Translations under genes and position numbers: made by a program
Origin: a bacterium
GTDB taxonomy: Bacteria > UBA10199 > 2-02-FULL-44-16 > JAAZCA01
DNA length: 64,000 nucleotides
Assembly: GCA_963674695.2 (NCBI GenBank)
Contig: CAXXGI010000003.1
Location: 832,001-896,000 of the forward strand
Direction of reading: 5' to 3'
Notes under the pieces: model-generated
The model's database searches: none
The model's input: only the letters and a program-made list of their open reading frames with translations
What the model was told of the DNA's origin: nothing
Part shown: positions 45,104 through 54,037 of the stretch, piece after piece
Position numbering within the stretch: the first letter of the stretch is position 1
How the letters are laid out: each line of letters starts with the position of its first letter

Positions 45104-45182
45104 CAGTTGAAAGTTTAACGTTCAAAGTTGAAAGGTTTTATTCGGCTCATCCTTTTCACTTTCAACTTTGAACTTTCAACTG
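45104..45182. repeat. Heptamer-repeat hairpin in tRNA spacer
   Basis: Four AGTTGAA-like units paired with four TTCAACT-like units. Confidence 0.8.
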
Positions 45183-45190
45183 TCTTCCGG

Positions 45191-45262
45191 AGCGGGAGAC
45201 GGGTTTCGAACCCGCGACCCTCAGCTTGGAAGGCTGATGCTCTACCGCTGAGCTACTCCCGC
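45191..45262 (-). tRNA. tRNA-Gly(TCC)
   Basis: Anticodon arm TCAGC-CTTCCAA-GCTGA. Confidence 0.96.
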
Positions 45263-45267
45263 TTAAG

Positions 45268-45370
45268 GGCAGTGAGAAGTGGGAAGTGCAAAGCGGGAAG
45301 AAAAAACTGCTAACTTCATTCACTTCGCTTTTTTTCACTTCCCGCTTTTCACTTCCCACTTCCCACTGCC
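45268..45370. repeat. Heptamer-repeat hairpin in tRNA spacer
   Basis: AGTGAGA AGTGGGA AGTGCAA AGCGGGA / TCCCGCT TTTCACT TCCCACT TCCCACT. Confidence 0.85.
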
Positions 45371-45387
45371 GTTCACTGCTTTCAATG

Positions 45388-45470
45388 TGGAGAGGGGAGG
45401 ATTCGAACCTCCGAAGCCTAATGACGGCAGATTTACAGTCTGCTCCCTTTGACCGCTCGGGAACCTCTCC
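45388..45470 (-). tRNA. tRNA-Tyr(GTA)
   Basis: Anticodon arm GCAGA-CTGTAAA-TCTGC with long variable arm. Confidence 0.96.
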
Positions 45471-45477
45471 CCGACTT

Positions 45478-45562
45478 CAGTTAAAAGTGAAAAGTGAGAA
45501 GTGAGAAGTGAAAACAGAGAAAACTCATTGCATCTTCACTTTCCACTTTCTACTTTTCACTG
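45478..45562. repeat. Heptamer-repeat hairpin in tRNA spacer
   Basis: Five AGTGAAA/AGTGAGA units paired with four TTTCACT-like units. Confidence 0.8.
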
Positions 45563-45571
45563 TCTTTCATG

Positions 45572-45644
45572 AGCCGACGGCCGGACTCGAACCGGCGACC
45601 TGCTGATTACAAATCAGCAGCTCTACCAACTGAGCTACGTCGGC
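45572..45644 (-). tRNA. tRNA-Thr(TGT)
   Basis: Anticodon arm GCTGA-TTTGTAA-TCAGC. Confidence 0.96.
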
Positions 45645-45904
45645 ATGGTGTGAGTGTCGTTCACCATTCACTCGTCACACCGATTCGTTTCCGAACCTGA
45701 ACCGCAGCGTATCCGGCCACCCTCCACACAGGGCGAAATGTCAGAGAACACGACACCACGCCGCTGCAGGACACACGTGACTTCTCCCCTGAAAAACGAA
45801 CAATGTCCGTTCTCCTTGATATCACTCAAAAATGTGTCGTGTGGTCCTCGCGTCGCCGAGCCCATTCAAAAGTCGGGGTTATCTAGGTGAGGGGCGAATT
45901 TTTG

Positions 45905-46693
45905 TCAAGAATTTTGACAGATTTCGGTATGACTCTTGCTAGGGGATTCATATCTCCGCTGGCGAACGACCTCCCCCAGGATCAATGCCCCCGCAACGGA
46001 CACATTATACGACGATATATTTCCCGTCATCGGGATGGAGAGCAGAAAATCACACTTCTTTTGAACGAGCCTTCTGAGCCCTTTACCCTCAGACCCCAAG
46101 ACCAGAACTATAGAATACCCTTTAAAATCATGCTGATATATGTTTTTTTCCCCAGAACCTGAGGCACCCGCAATCCAATACTCCTTTTTCTTCAAATCTT
46201 CAATAACATGAACGATATTGGTTACTTGCGCAATTTTCATATGTTCGGTCGCCCCGGCACTGGCCTTGACCACCGTCGGCGTGATGGAGGCCGCATTATC
46301 CCGAGGGAGCACGACGCCTTCCACGCCCATCAGGCTTGCCGTTCGGATGAGGGCGCCCACATTCTGGGGATCGGTGATGCCATCGAGCACCAAGACGAGC
46401 CCCGTGCCGCGCCCCCCCTCCTGCTGAGCCTGCATCGCCTCGACCGAAACATAGGGATACGGTGCCACACGTGCGAGCACCCCCTGGTGGGTCTTGGCCT
46501 CCGTCAAACGGCCGATCTCATCGCGCGGCACCTGCCGCACCGCGAGGCCTCGCGCGGCAGCCTCATCCGCGATGGCCTGCACCTCCGGCGTCCCCCGGCC
46601 CGCGGCGAGAATGATTTCCATGAGGGCCCTCCGGCCGGAGCGCAACGCCTCGGCCACCGGTCGGACCCCATAGATGATCTCCGTCTTTGCCAT
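45905..46693 (-). CDS. rlmB: 23S rRNA (G2251-2'-O)-methyltransferase, SpoU family
   Basis: HQGV, LDGITDPQNVGALIRTA, LVLGSEGKG, SYNVSVA. Confidence 0.93.
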   Translation of the reverse strand: MAKTEIIYGVRPVAEALRSGRRALMEIILAAGRGTPEVQAIADEAAARGLAVRQVPRDEIGRLTEAKTHQGVLARVAPYPYVSVEAMQAQQEGGRGTGLVLVLDGITDPQNVGALIRTASLMGVEGVVLPRDNAASITPTVVKASAGATEHMKIAQVTNIVHVIEDLKKKEYWIAGASGSGEKNIYQHDFKGYSIVLVLGSEGKGLRRLVQKKCDFLLSIPMTGNISSYNVSVAGALILGEVVRQRRYESPSKSHTEICQNS

Positions 46694-46787
46694 GAACCAC
46701 TCCGAAATATGAAGCGTCTCGAAATAACATCAGGGATCCCACCGAAACGAGATCCCCGATGCAAGGCAACTGTTCATCACGTCACGA

Positions 46788-48857
46788 TCAATCCTTTTTC
46801 TCCTCACGCTCTTTCTTGGTCTCATCGATGATCTTCTGGCCGATATGCGCCGGCACCATATCGTAATGCGAAAAGTGCATCGAATAGGTGCCCGCACCGC
46901 TGGTAATCGACTTGAGACTCGCAGAGTATTGATAGAGTTCCGCCATGGGCACCTTCGCCCGAATAACGCCGGCCTCCATCCCCGCCACGCGACCCCGGCG
47001 CTGGCTGATGTCGCTGGAGAGATCACCCATATAATCCTGCGGGGCATAGACCTCGAGGTCGACGATCGGCTCGAGCAGCTGCGGCCCCGCCTCGAGCATC
47101 GCCGCCTTAAACGCCAGCGATCCCGCCACCTGAAAGGAGAGATCGGAGGAATCGACATCATGATAGGAGCCGTCGAAGACCGTCACCTTGAGATCGACGA
47201 CCGGGTATCCGGCCAACGCACCCTTCTGCATCACTTCGCGAACACCTTTCTCTACCGCGGGAATATATTTACTCGGAATCGAACCCCCGACGACCTCATT
47301 TGCAAATTCGAATCCACCACCCGCCGGCAACGGCTCAAGACGCAGCCAACAATCACCGTACTGTCCGTGACCACCGGTCTGTTTTTTGTGTTTCCCCTGT
47401 TTCTCCGACGTCTTCGTAATGCGCTCGCGATAGGGAATGTGGGGTTTTCCCAGATCCACTTCCACGCCATAGCGATCTTTGAGGCGTTTGACCATCACAT
47501 CGATCTGCACCTCGCCCATAGCGGTGACGATCGTCTCGGCAAACTCCTTGTCAATGTGATAGGTGAAGGTCGGATCGATATCGGTGAGCTTGGACAGCCC
47601 GATGCCCAGCTTGTCCTGATCCTTCTTGGTCTTCGGTAACACCGCCAACGGAACGACGGGCGTGGGAAACTCGATCGGCTCGAACTGCATCCCAGCACCT
47701 TTGGTCCCGATGGTATCATTGATATAGGTATTCTTGAGCTTGGCCACCGCCGCGATGTCACCGGCAGCTGCGGCTTCGATGTCGAGGCGTTCCTTGCTGC
47801 GCATGAGCATCAGGTGGCCCATGCGTTCGGAGGCATTCTGCGTAACGTTGTGAACATCGTCGCCGGAGGTGATGGTTCCGGAATAAACGCGGAAGAAACA
47901 GACATCGCCGATGCCCGGATCGGATGTGGTCTTAAATATCTGTGCCAACAGCGGACCGTTCGCATCCGCGATGACCTCGACCTCGGTTCCATCGTCGCGC
48001 TTGATCTTCTTCGGCGGCATATCCGCGGGGCTCGGAAAACTCGTCGTCGCGGCCGTGAGAAAGGCATCGATCGCTGTCCCGGTATACGCGCTGCCCGTAT
48101 AGACCGGATTGAGATTGCCCGATGCGATCCCCTTGACCACCCCCCGTTTAATCTCCTCTTCGGAGAGCTCTCCCGCCTCGAGGTATTTCTCGAGCAGGGC
48201 TTCATCGCTCTCAGCCACGGCTTCCATCAGTTCCATGCGCTTGGCGTTTGCCGCCTCGGCCATCTCGGACGGCACATCCCCCTCTTTGGAAGCGCCCCCC
48301 TCACCGACGAAGGCGCGCATGTCGATCAGGTCGACCACACCGGTAAAGTCAGCCCCACTCCCGATGGGCATCTGAAAGAGCGCCGCCCCACTGCAGAGTT
48401 CGGATTTGATCGATGCCAACGTGGCATCGACATCAGCGCGCTCCGCATCCATCTTGTTCATGAAATAGACGCACGGCTTTCCCATCTTCTTGGCATAATC
48501 GTCGAGTCGACGCGTGGGGATTTCAACGCCTCCGACCGCATCGACCATGACCACCACGAGATCTGCCGCCGCGATAGCGCCAACTGCATCGCCGATAAAG
48601 TCAGAATACCCCGGCGTATCGATGATATTGACCTTGAACCCCTTCCACTCGATCGGAATCACCTTGGACAAGACACTCTGCTTGCGGTCGACCTCGATCG
48701 AATCCGAATCGACCACAGAGTTGCCATCGTCAACTCGACCCATACGCCCAGTAGCATTGCTGACAAAAAGCGCCGCCTCGAGAAACGTCGTCTTGCCTAC
48801 GCCCTTTGAACCAACGATTGCGATATTACGGATATTGGCGGTATCGACTTTTTTCAC
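46788..48857 (-). CDS. Elongation factor G-like paralogue (EF-G2 type)
   Basis: Full EF-G domain layout with divergent G motifs (GSKGVGKT, RKQSV, DTPGY); GTG start after AAGGAGG. Confidence 0.92.
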   Translation of the reverse strand: MKKVDTANIRNIAIVGSKGVGKTTFLEAALFVSNATGRMGRVDDGNSVVDSDSIEVDRKQSVLSKVIPIEWKGFKVNIIDTPGYSDFIGDAVGAIAAADLVVVMVDAVGGVEIPTRRLDDYAKKMGKPCVYFMNKMDAERADVDATLASIKSELCSGAALFQMPIGSGADFTGVVDLIDMRAFVGEGGASKEGDVPSEMAEAANAKRMELMEAVAESDEALLEKYLEAGELSEEEIKRGVVKGIASGNLNPVYTGSAYTGTAIDAFLTAATTSFPSPADMPPKKIKRDDGTEVEVIADANGPLLAQIFKTTSDPGIGDVCFFRVYSGTITSGDDVHNVTQNASERMGHLMLMRSKERLDIEAAAAGDIAAVAKLKNTYINDTIGTKGAGMQFEPIEFPTPVVPLAVLPKTKKDQDKLGIGLSKLTDIDPTFTYHIDKEFAETIVTAMGEVQIDVMVKRLKDRYGVEVDLGKPHIPYRERITKTSEKQGKHKKQTGGHGQYGDCWLRLEPLPAGGGFEFANEVVGGSIPSKYIPAVEKGVREVMQKGALAGYPVVDLKVTVFDGSYHDVDSSDLSFQVAGSLAFKAAMLEAGPQLLEPIVDLEVYAPQDYMGDLSSDISQRRGRVAGMEAGVIRAKVPMAELYQYSASLKSITSGAGTYSMHFSHYDMVPAHIGQKIIDETKKEREEKKD

Positions 48858-48973
48858 GGACCCTCCTTGTGTAGCGGAAATTCCCGTATGGGATCGACTC
48901 CGTATGAGGGCAAACATCTAGCGCGATCCCTTTTTGGAAATCAACAGGAAATACGGTAGGCGCGGATAGGCCG

Positions 48974-49342
48974 CTATGGAGCAAGTTCGCGCATGACGCT
49001 GAGAAGTTCGACCATATCGAAGGGTTTGCGGAGAAAGGGCGCGTCCCCCACGATGCGCTGCTGCTCCTCGCTGAGCAAGCGCCCGTAGGCGGTCACGAAG
49101 ATGATGGGAATACGGGAGAGCGCATCGTCATTGCGGATGCGCTCCATCACCTCGAAGCCATCGAGTTGGGGCATCATAATATCGAGCAGAACGATATCGG
49201 GCTTATTCTCCACCATCATCTGCAAACCGACAGCGCCATCGACCGCTTCGAACGTTTCAAACCCCTCAAAATCAAAGCGATCCTTAATCAACGCCCGGTA
49301 ATCCTCTTCATCGTCGATGATCAGCACACGTTTCTTCGTCAT
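48974..49342 (-). CDS. Single-domain response regulator (CheY-like)
   Basis: IIDDE, LLDIMMP, FVTA, RKPF. Confidence 0.93.
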   Translation of the reverse strand: MTKKRVLIIDDEEDYRALIKDRFDFEGFETFEAVDGAVGLQMMVENKPDIVLLDIMMPQLDGFEVMERIRNDDALSRIPIIFVTAYGRLLSEEQQRIVGDAPFLRKPFDMVELLSVMRELAP

Positions 49343-49536
49343 CACCCCTCCCTTTCCCTGGCCGCATACTAATGATGATATCAACTCAACCTATACGAAT
49401 CGATACCGATGGACAAGAGATTCAATCGGGGAATGAAAACTCGTGTGGAGAAAGGGAGATCCCATACAGGAACAGGGGACCCGTCTCACGACGGTTCCCC
49501 TGCTTGAGAAAGGAGGGTTAGGGTTTTAAACGCGTT

Positions 49537-49875
49537 TTACGCGTTATATTCGGTCATGGTCATGAGCTTCTGACGAATCAGATCCGCCTCAAAATCCATC
49601 AGGGCATACGGATCGTAGGTCGACAGCTCGGAGCGGGCCTCGAAATACTGGCAGCGGCAGTCGTGCATATACTGCAGCAACTCCTCGCGATGCTCGTAAT
49701 CCCGCGCCCGATCGTATTCCGCGCGCGCATATTCGTGGTTGATCGAAGAGGTCGCCATCTTGAGCTGGACCTCCAGAATCTGCTTGCGGGCATCGTCGGT
49801 CGCCCCCTCGCGCACCAGCGGCAGGATCTGGATCATCGTTCCATCATCTTCATGGGTCAGCGTCTCGGTTCTCAT
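49537..49875 (-). CDS. Hypothetical alpha-helical protein
   Basis: RBS AAGGAGG; 112 aa; host-like codon usage; hairpin 49473-49502 downstream. Confidence 0.7.
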   Translation of the reverse strand: MRTETLTHEDDGTMIQILPLVREGATDDARKQILEVQLKMATSSINHEYARAEYDRARDYEHREELLQYMHDCRCQYFEARSELSTYDPYALMDFEADLIRQKLMTMTEYNA

Positions 49876-49910
49876 TGCGCCCTCCTTCGATTGCCTGCAC
49901 CTTATGAGTA

Positions 49911-49927
49911 TGCATGGAGGATGCCAA
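49911..49927 (-). promoter_or_regulatory. sigma54 -24/-12 promoter
   Basis: TTGGCATCCTCCATGCA (GG-N10-GC); AT-rich palindrome TCAATGATATCATTGA upstream resembles an IHF site. Confidence 0.65.
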
Positions 49928-50088
49928 AAGGGCGCCGAGGAAGCACCACCGCAAGTCAATGATATCATTGATTTATTTTGGACGACTTCGAAGGGATATC
50001 GGATCGAGGAGGCGAAATTGGGGGAGAACTCCCCCTTTTCTGGAGACTGGCGACACCATTTTTTCCGGAGGGATAAAGACGAATGCGG

Positions 50089-50808
50089 CTATTCCTCGAT
50101 CTCTTTGAGGATCTGCCGAACCACGGCCCGAGGATCCTTGGCCTGGGAGATGGGGCGGCCGACGACGAGATAATCCGCCCCGGCCGCAATCGCCATGACG
50201 GGGGACGCGATACGGCGCTGATCCTGGGCATCGGAACCGATATGGCGCACACCCGGGGTGACGATGATGCACTTGTCGCCACAGACCTTCCGAATGGGGG
50301 CAATTTCGAGCGGAGAAGCAACCACCCCATCGAGACCGCATTCGCGGCTGAGCTTGGCCAACCGCACGACCTGCTCGCGCACCTCGAACTGCACGCCGAT
50401 ATCGCCGAGCGATTCCATGCTCGTGAGCACGGTCACCGCGAAGAGCTTGGGCATCTTGGCGCGACTTCCCGCCGCGTGACGAGCCGCTTCCACCGACCGC
50501 GTCAGCATATCGGCGCCACCGGCCGCGTGCACATTGAGCATCGCCACACCCAGCTTGGTCGCGATGGAAACGGCCTTGGCCACCGTCGAGGGGATGTCAT
50601 GATACTTGAGGTCGAGAAAGACACGACCACCGTTTTCATGGATCATCTTCAGCACGTCGGGCCCGAGTGCGGTATAGGTCGGCAGACCGACCTCGAAGGT
50701 ACGGACATCGTCCTTGAGCAGACGCACGAACTTCTCCGCCGCCTTCATCTCGTCGGCCAGCAGTGCGACGATCAGCCGATCCTTGTCTTTGATCATTTTT
50801 CCGGACAT
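50089..50808 (-). CDS. pyrF: Orotidine-5'-phosphate decarboxylase
   Basis: FLDLKYHDIPSTV, VTVLTS, VTPGVR, VVGRPI. Confidence 0.97.
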   Translation of the reverse strand: MSGKMIKDKDRLIVALLADEMKAAEKFVRLLKDDVRTFEVGLPTYTALGPDVLKMIHENGGRVFLDLKYHDIPSTVAKAVSIATKLGVAMLNVHAAGGADMLTRSVEAARHAAGSRAKMPKLFAVTVLTSMESLGDIGVQFEVREQVVRLAKLSRECGLDGVVASPLEIAPIRKVCGDKCIIVTPGVRHIGSDAQDQRRIASPVMAIAAGADYLVVGRPISQAKDPRAVVRQILKEIEE

Positions 50809-50818
50809 CGTTTCCTCC

Positions 50819-52531
50819 TCAGGTACATTTAGCGACCAGCGTCACCATGCGTTCGACCGCCTCCTCGGGCGTACACTTGACCGCATCGCCACCACAGCGT
50901 TCCTTGATCTCGACCACACCGTCGGCAAGACCGCGTTTGCCCACAACGATGCGATAGGGAATGCCGATCAGATCGGCATCGGCAAACTTCACTCCCGCAC
51001 GCTCATCCCGGTCGTCGATGAGCACCTCGACGCCGCGTTCGGAAAGCTCGTCGTGCAACCGCTTGGCCATCTCCATCACATCGCCATCGGCCGCGAGCGG
51101 AATCACCTCGACATGAAACGGCGCGATCGGCAGCGGCCAGATGATGCCGTTTGCATCATGGTTCTGTTCGATCGCCGCAGCCGCCGTGCGCCCGATGCCG
51201 ATGCCATAGCATCCCATCTCCATCGGATGACTCTCCCCCTGCTCGTCGACAAAGGCCGCCTGCATCGCCGTCGAATACTTCGTGCCGAGATAGAAGACCT
51301 GTCCCACCTCGATGCCACGATGTTCCTCATAAATGCCGTCGTTGCAACGCGGGCAGGCATCCCCCGCATGCGCGCGGCGAATGTCATGGAAGGCCTCGAT
51401 CGAGAAATCGCCCAGCTGTACCTGCGTAAAATGCGCATCGCCTTGATTGGCGCCGACGACAAAATCGGACATCTCCGCCACCGCGTAATCGGCATAGATG
51501 GGAATGGAGAGACCGATGGGCCCGGCATACCCTGAAGGGGCTCCGGTCACTTCCACGACGGTCTTCTCCTCGGCCAGGTGACACCACTCGACACCGATCG
51601 CTTCCTTGAGTTTGGCCTCTTTGAGCGCGTGATCGCCGCGCGTCAGCCCCGCGATCGGACCGCGGTCGGTCTCGAAGATGATCGTCTTGACGATCTGCTC
51701 CGGCTCGATCTTCAGAAAGGCACACACCTCTTCAACCGATTTCGCATTCGGCGTATCGACTTTTTTGTATGCGCCCTTTCGCCCCTCACCCTTCGCCCCT
51801 CGCCCTTCGGGCTTCTTCACTTCCGCCTTCTCCACATTGGCCGCATATTCGCACTTCGTGCAGGAGACGATCTCGTCCTCGCCGGAGACGGCCAAGACCT
51901 GAAACTCATGCGAGCGACTGCCACCGATATTTCCGGTCATGGCCTCGACCGGACGATAGGTCAGCCCGCAGCGCGTGAAGATTCGATTGTAGGCATCGTA
52001 CATCACATCATAGGTGCGATACGCCCCTTCCTGGTCGCGGTCGAAGGAGTAGCCATCCTTCATGATGAATTCGCGCCCGCGCATCAGGCCAAAGCGCGGA
52101 CGAATCTCATCGCGAAACTTCGTCTGGATCTGAAAACAGTTCTTCGGCAGGTCGCGCCAGGAACGAATTTCGTGGCGCATGAGATCGGTGATCGCCTCCT
52201 CGTGCGTCGGCCCCACACAGAATTCGCGATCGTGGCGATCCTTAAAGCGCAACAGCTCCTTGCCATAGACGTCCCAGCGCCCAGATTCGATCCAGAGCTC
52301 GGCCGGCATGACGATCGGCAGCAGGAGTTCCTGCGCATCGGATGCGATCATCTCCTCGCGCACGATCGTCTCGATCTTGCGCACTACGCGTAGCCCCAAC
52401 GGCAGGTAGCTATAGACGCCCGAGGCCACCTTGCGGATGAACCCACCCCGCATCATCAGCTTATGACTTTCCACCTCGGCGTCATTGGGCGCCTCGCGCA
52501 GCGTCGGAATGAGCATCTTCGAGTAAAACAT
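50819..52531 (-). CDS. proS: Proline--tRNA ligase with editing domain
   Basis: GPTHEE, FRDEIRPRFGLMRGREF, MGCYGIG. Confidence 0.99.
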   Translation of the reverse strand: MFYSKMLIPTLREAPNDAEVESHKLMMRGGFIRKVASGVYSYLPLGLRVVRKIETIVREEMIASDAQELLLPIVMPAELWIESGRWDVYGKELLRFKDRHDREFCVGPTHEEAITDLMRHEIRSWRDLPKNCFQIQTKFRDEIRPRFGLMRGREFIMKDGYSFDRDQEGAYRTYDVMYDAYNRIFTRCGLTYRPVEAMTGNIGGSRSHEFQVLAVSGEDEIVSCTKCEYAANVEKAEVKKPEGRGAKGEGRKGAYKKVDTPNAKSVEEVCAFLKIEPEQIVKTIIFETDRGPIAGLTRGDHALKEAKLKEAIGVEWCHLAEEKTVVEVTGAPSGYAGPIGLSIPIYADYAVAEMSDFVVGANQGDAHFTQVQLGDFSIEAFHDIRRAHAGDACPRCNDGIYEEHRGIEVGQVFYLGTKYSTAMQAAFVDEQGESHPMEMGCYGIGIGRTAAAAIEQNHDANGIIWPLPIAPFHVEVIPLAADGDVMEMAKRLHDELSERGVEVLIDDRDERAGVKFADADLIGIPYRIVVGKRGLADGVVEIKERCGGDAVKCTPEEAVERMVTLVAKCT

Positions 52532-52568
52532 CGAACCCCCCTGAATACACCATTACGCCATTGAGGAA

Positions 52569-52716
52569 CCTGCCCGGGAATGCTGGTTTTGCTGGCTTTT
52601 GTCATTCCCGCGAAGGCGGGAATCTCGGTTATTCAAGTACTTCGAGATTCCCGCCGGAGCCTGTCCTGAGCGTAGTCGAAGGGCGGGAATGACAACAAAA
52701 CCCTTTTTCCGACAGG
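52569..52716. repeat. Inverted REP doublet with a nested palindrome, inside weak terminal inverted repeats
   Basis: TGTCATTCCCGCGAAGGCGGGAATCTC (52600-52626) and GAGATTCCCGC[insert]GCGGGAATGACA (52644-52694). Confidence 0.8.
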
Positions 52717-52718
52717 CG

Positions 52719-53783
52719 CTATTGAGCGAGCAGCAATTCAATTTCCTTCATCAGTTCGTCTTCGATATCCGCTTCGGGAACCGTTCGCAAAACCTTTCCC
52801 CCGCGGATGATCGCCCCCTTGCCCTTGCCACCGGCAACGCCGACGTCGGCCTCTTTGGCCTCTCCCGGTCCGTTGACGATACATCCCATGACCGCGACCC
52901 GGATCGGGGCACGCACGCCGTCGAGACGGTGTTCGATGCGATCGACGAGCGCCTCGAGATCGATCTGCGCACGACCGCAGGTCGGACAGGAGATCACCTC
53001 GGGATAGGGGCGCCGGCGAAGATTCAGGTTCGCCAAAATTTCATATCCGGCGCGCACCTCTTTGACCGGATCGGCGGTGAGCGAGACGCGAATGGTGTCG
53101 CCGATGCCGCGCGCCAAAAGCGTGCCGATCCCCATGGCCGACTTGATCGCGCCAGAGAGCAACGTGCCCGCCTCGGTCACACCGAGATGAAGCGGATAAT
53201 CGACCTTCTCCGAGAGCAGCGTGTAGGCCGCAATCGTGTCGGCGACGTTGGAGGCCTTCACCGAGATCTTGATGTCGTGAAAGTCGGCCTCTTCGAGCTG
53301 ACTGACGTGGCGCAGCGCCGAGGCCACGAGCGCCTCAGGCGTGGGATGGCCGTACTGTTCGCGCAGATCCGCTTCGAGCGAACCGGCGTTGACGCCGACG
53401 CGAATCGGCACGCCCTTTTCCTTCGCCACACGGGCGACTTCACGCACCCGCTCCACGGAACCGATATTGCCGGGATTGATGCGCAGGCCCGCGATGCCGG
53501 CTGCGATGGCGGCGAGTGCGAATTCATATCGGAAATGAATATCGGCGATCAGCGGAACCGGCGAGAGTCGCACCAGTTCCGCCAGCGCGGCACAGGCCTG
53601 CTCGTCGGGAACGGCCACGCGCACGATCTCACATCCGGCACGGGCCAGCCGCTCGATCTGCGCGGAGGTCGCCGCCACATCGGAGGTGTCGGTATTGGTC
53701 ATCGACTGCACGGAGATGGGCGCGCCCCCGCCCACGGCGACCGTCCCGATCTGGATCTGTCTGGTCTTTCGGCGCACATCCAC
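52719..53783 (-). CDS. ispG: HMBPP synthase (GcpE)
   Basis: VQSMTNT, RINPGNIG, LHLGVTEAG, CPTCGR, GCIVNGPGE. Confidence 0.98.
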   Translation of the reverse strand: MDVRRKTRQIQIGTVAVGGGAPISVQSMTNTDTSDVAATSAQIERLARAGCEIVRVAVPDEQACAALAELVRLSPVPLIADIHFRYEFALAAIAAGIAGLRINPGNIGSVERVREVARVAKEKGVPIRVGVNAGSLEADLREQYGHPTPEALVASALRHVSQLEEADFHDIKISVKASNVADTIAAYTLLSEKVDYPLHLGVTEAGTLLSGAIKSAMGIGTLLARGIGDTIRVSLTADPVKEVRAGYEILANLNLRRRPYPEVISCPTCGRAQIDLEALVDRIEHRLDGVRAPIRVAVMGCIVNGPGEAKEADVGVAGGKGKGAIIRGGKVLRTVPEADIEDELMKEIELLLAQ

Positions 53784-53849
53784 TCCTGTTCAAAAAAGCA
53801 TGCCCATCTACCATGGAGGGAAAAAAAAGAAAAGGGGCCAAACGGGCCT

Positions 53850-53995
53850 CAGATTGATGAAAAACCCATACTTTGTCATCCTCGCGAAAGCGGGGATCTC
53901 GGTGTGCCGTTATAAGCGAGATTCCCGCCTGCGCGGGAATGACAATCTTTGGCTTTACAAGAATGACAGCATGAGAAGACTTTGTCAGCAGTCTG
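53850..53995. mobile_element. MITE-like element with 15-bp TIRs enclosing an inverted REP doublet
   Basis: CAGATTGATGAAAAA vs CAGACTGCTGACAAA (reverse complement of right end), 12/15; REPs at 53874-53900 and 53918-53944. Confidence 0.6.
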
Positions 53996-54037
53996 AAAGC
54001 CCCAAAAAGGCCTGTGGAGGCATTCCGATAGATTGGT

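Noticed and set aside
10569-45644. Contiguity of the tuf-secE-rpoBC-str-S10-spc-alpha supercluster as a novelty
   Set aside because: This is a common ancestral arrangement
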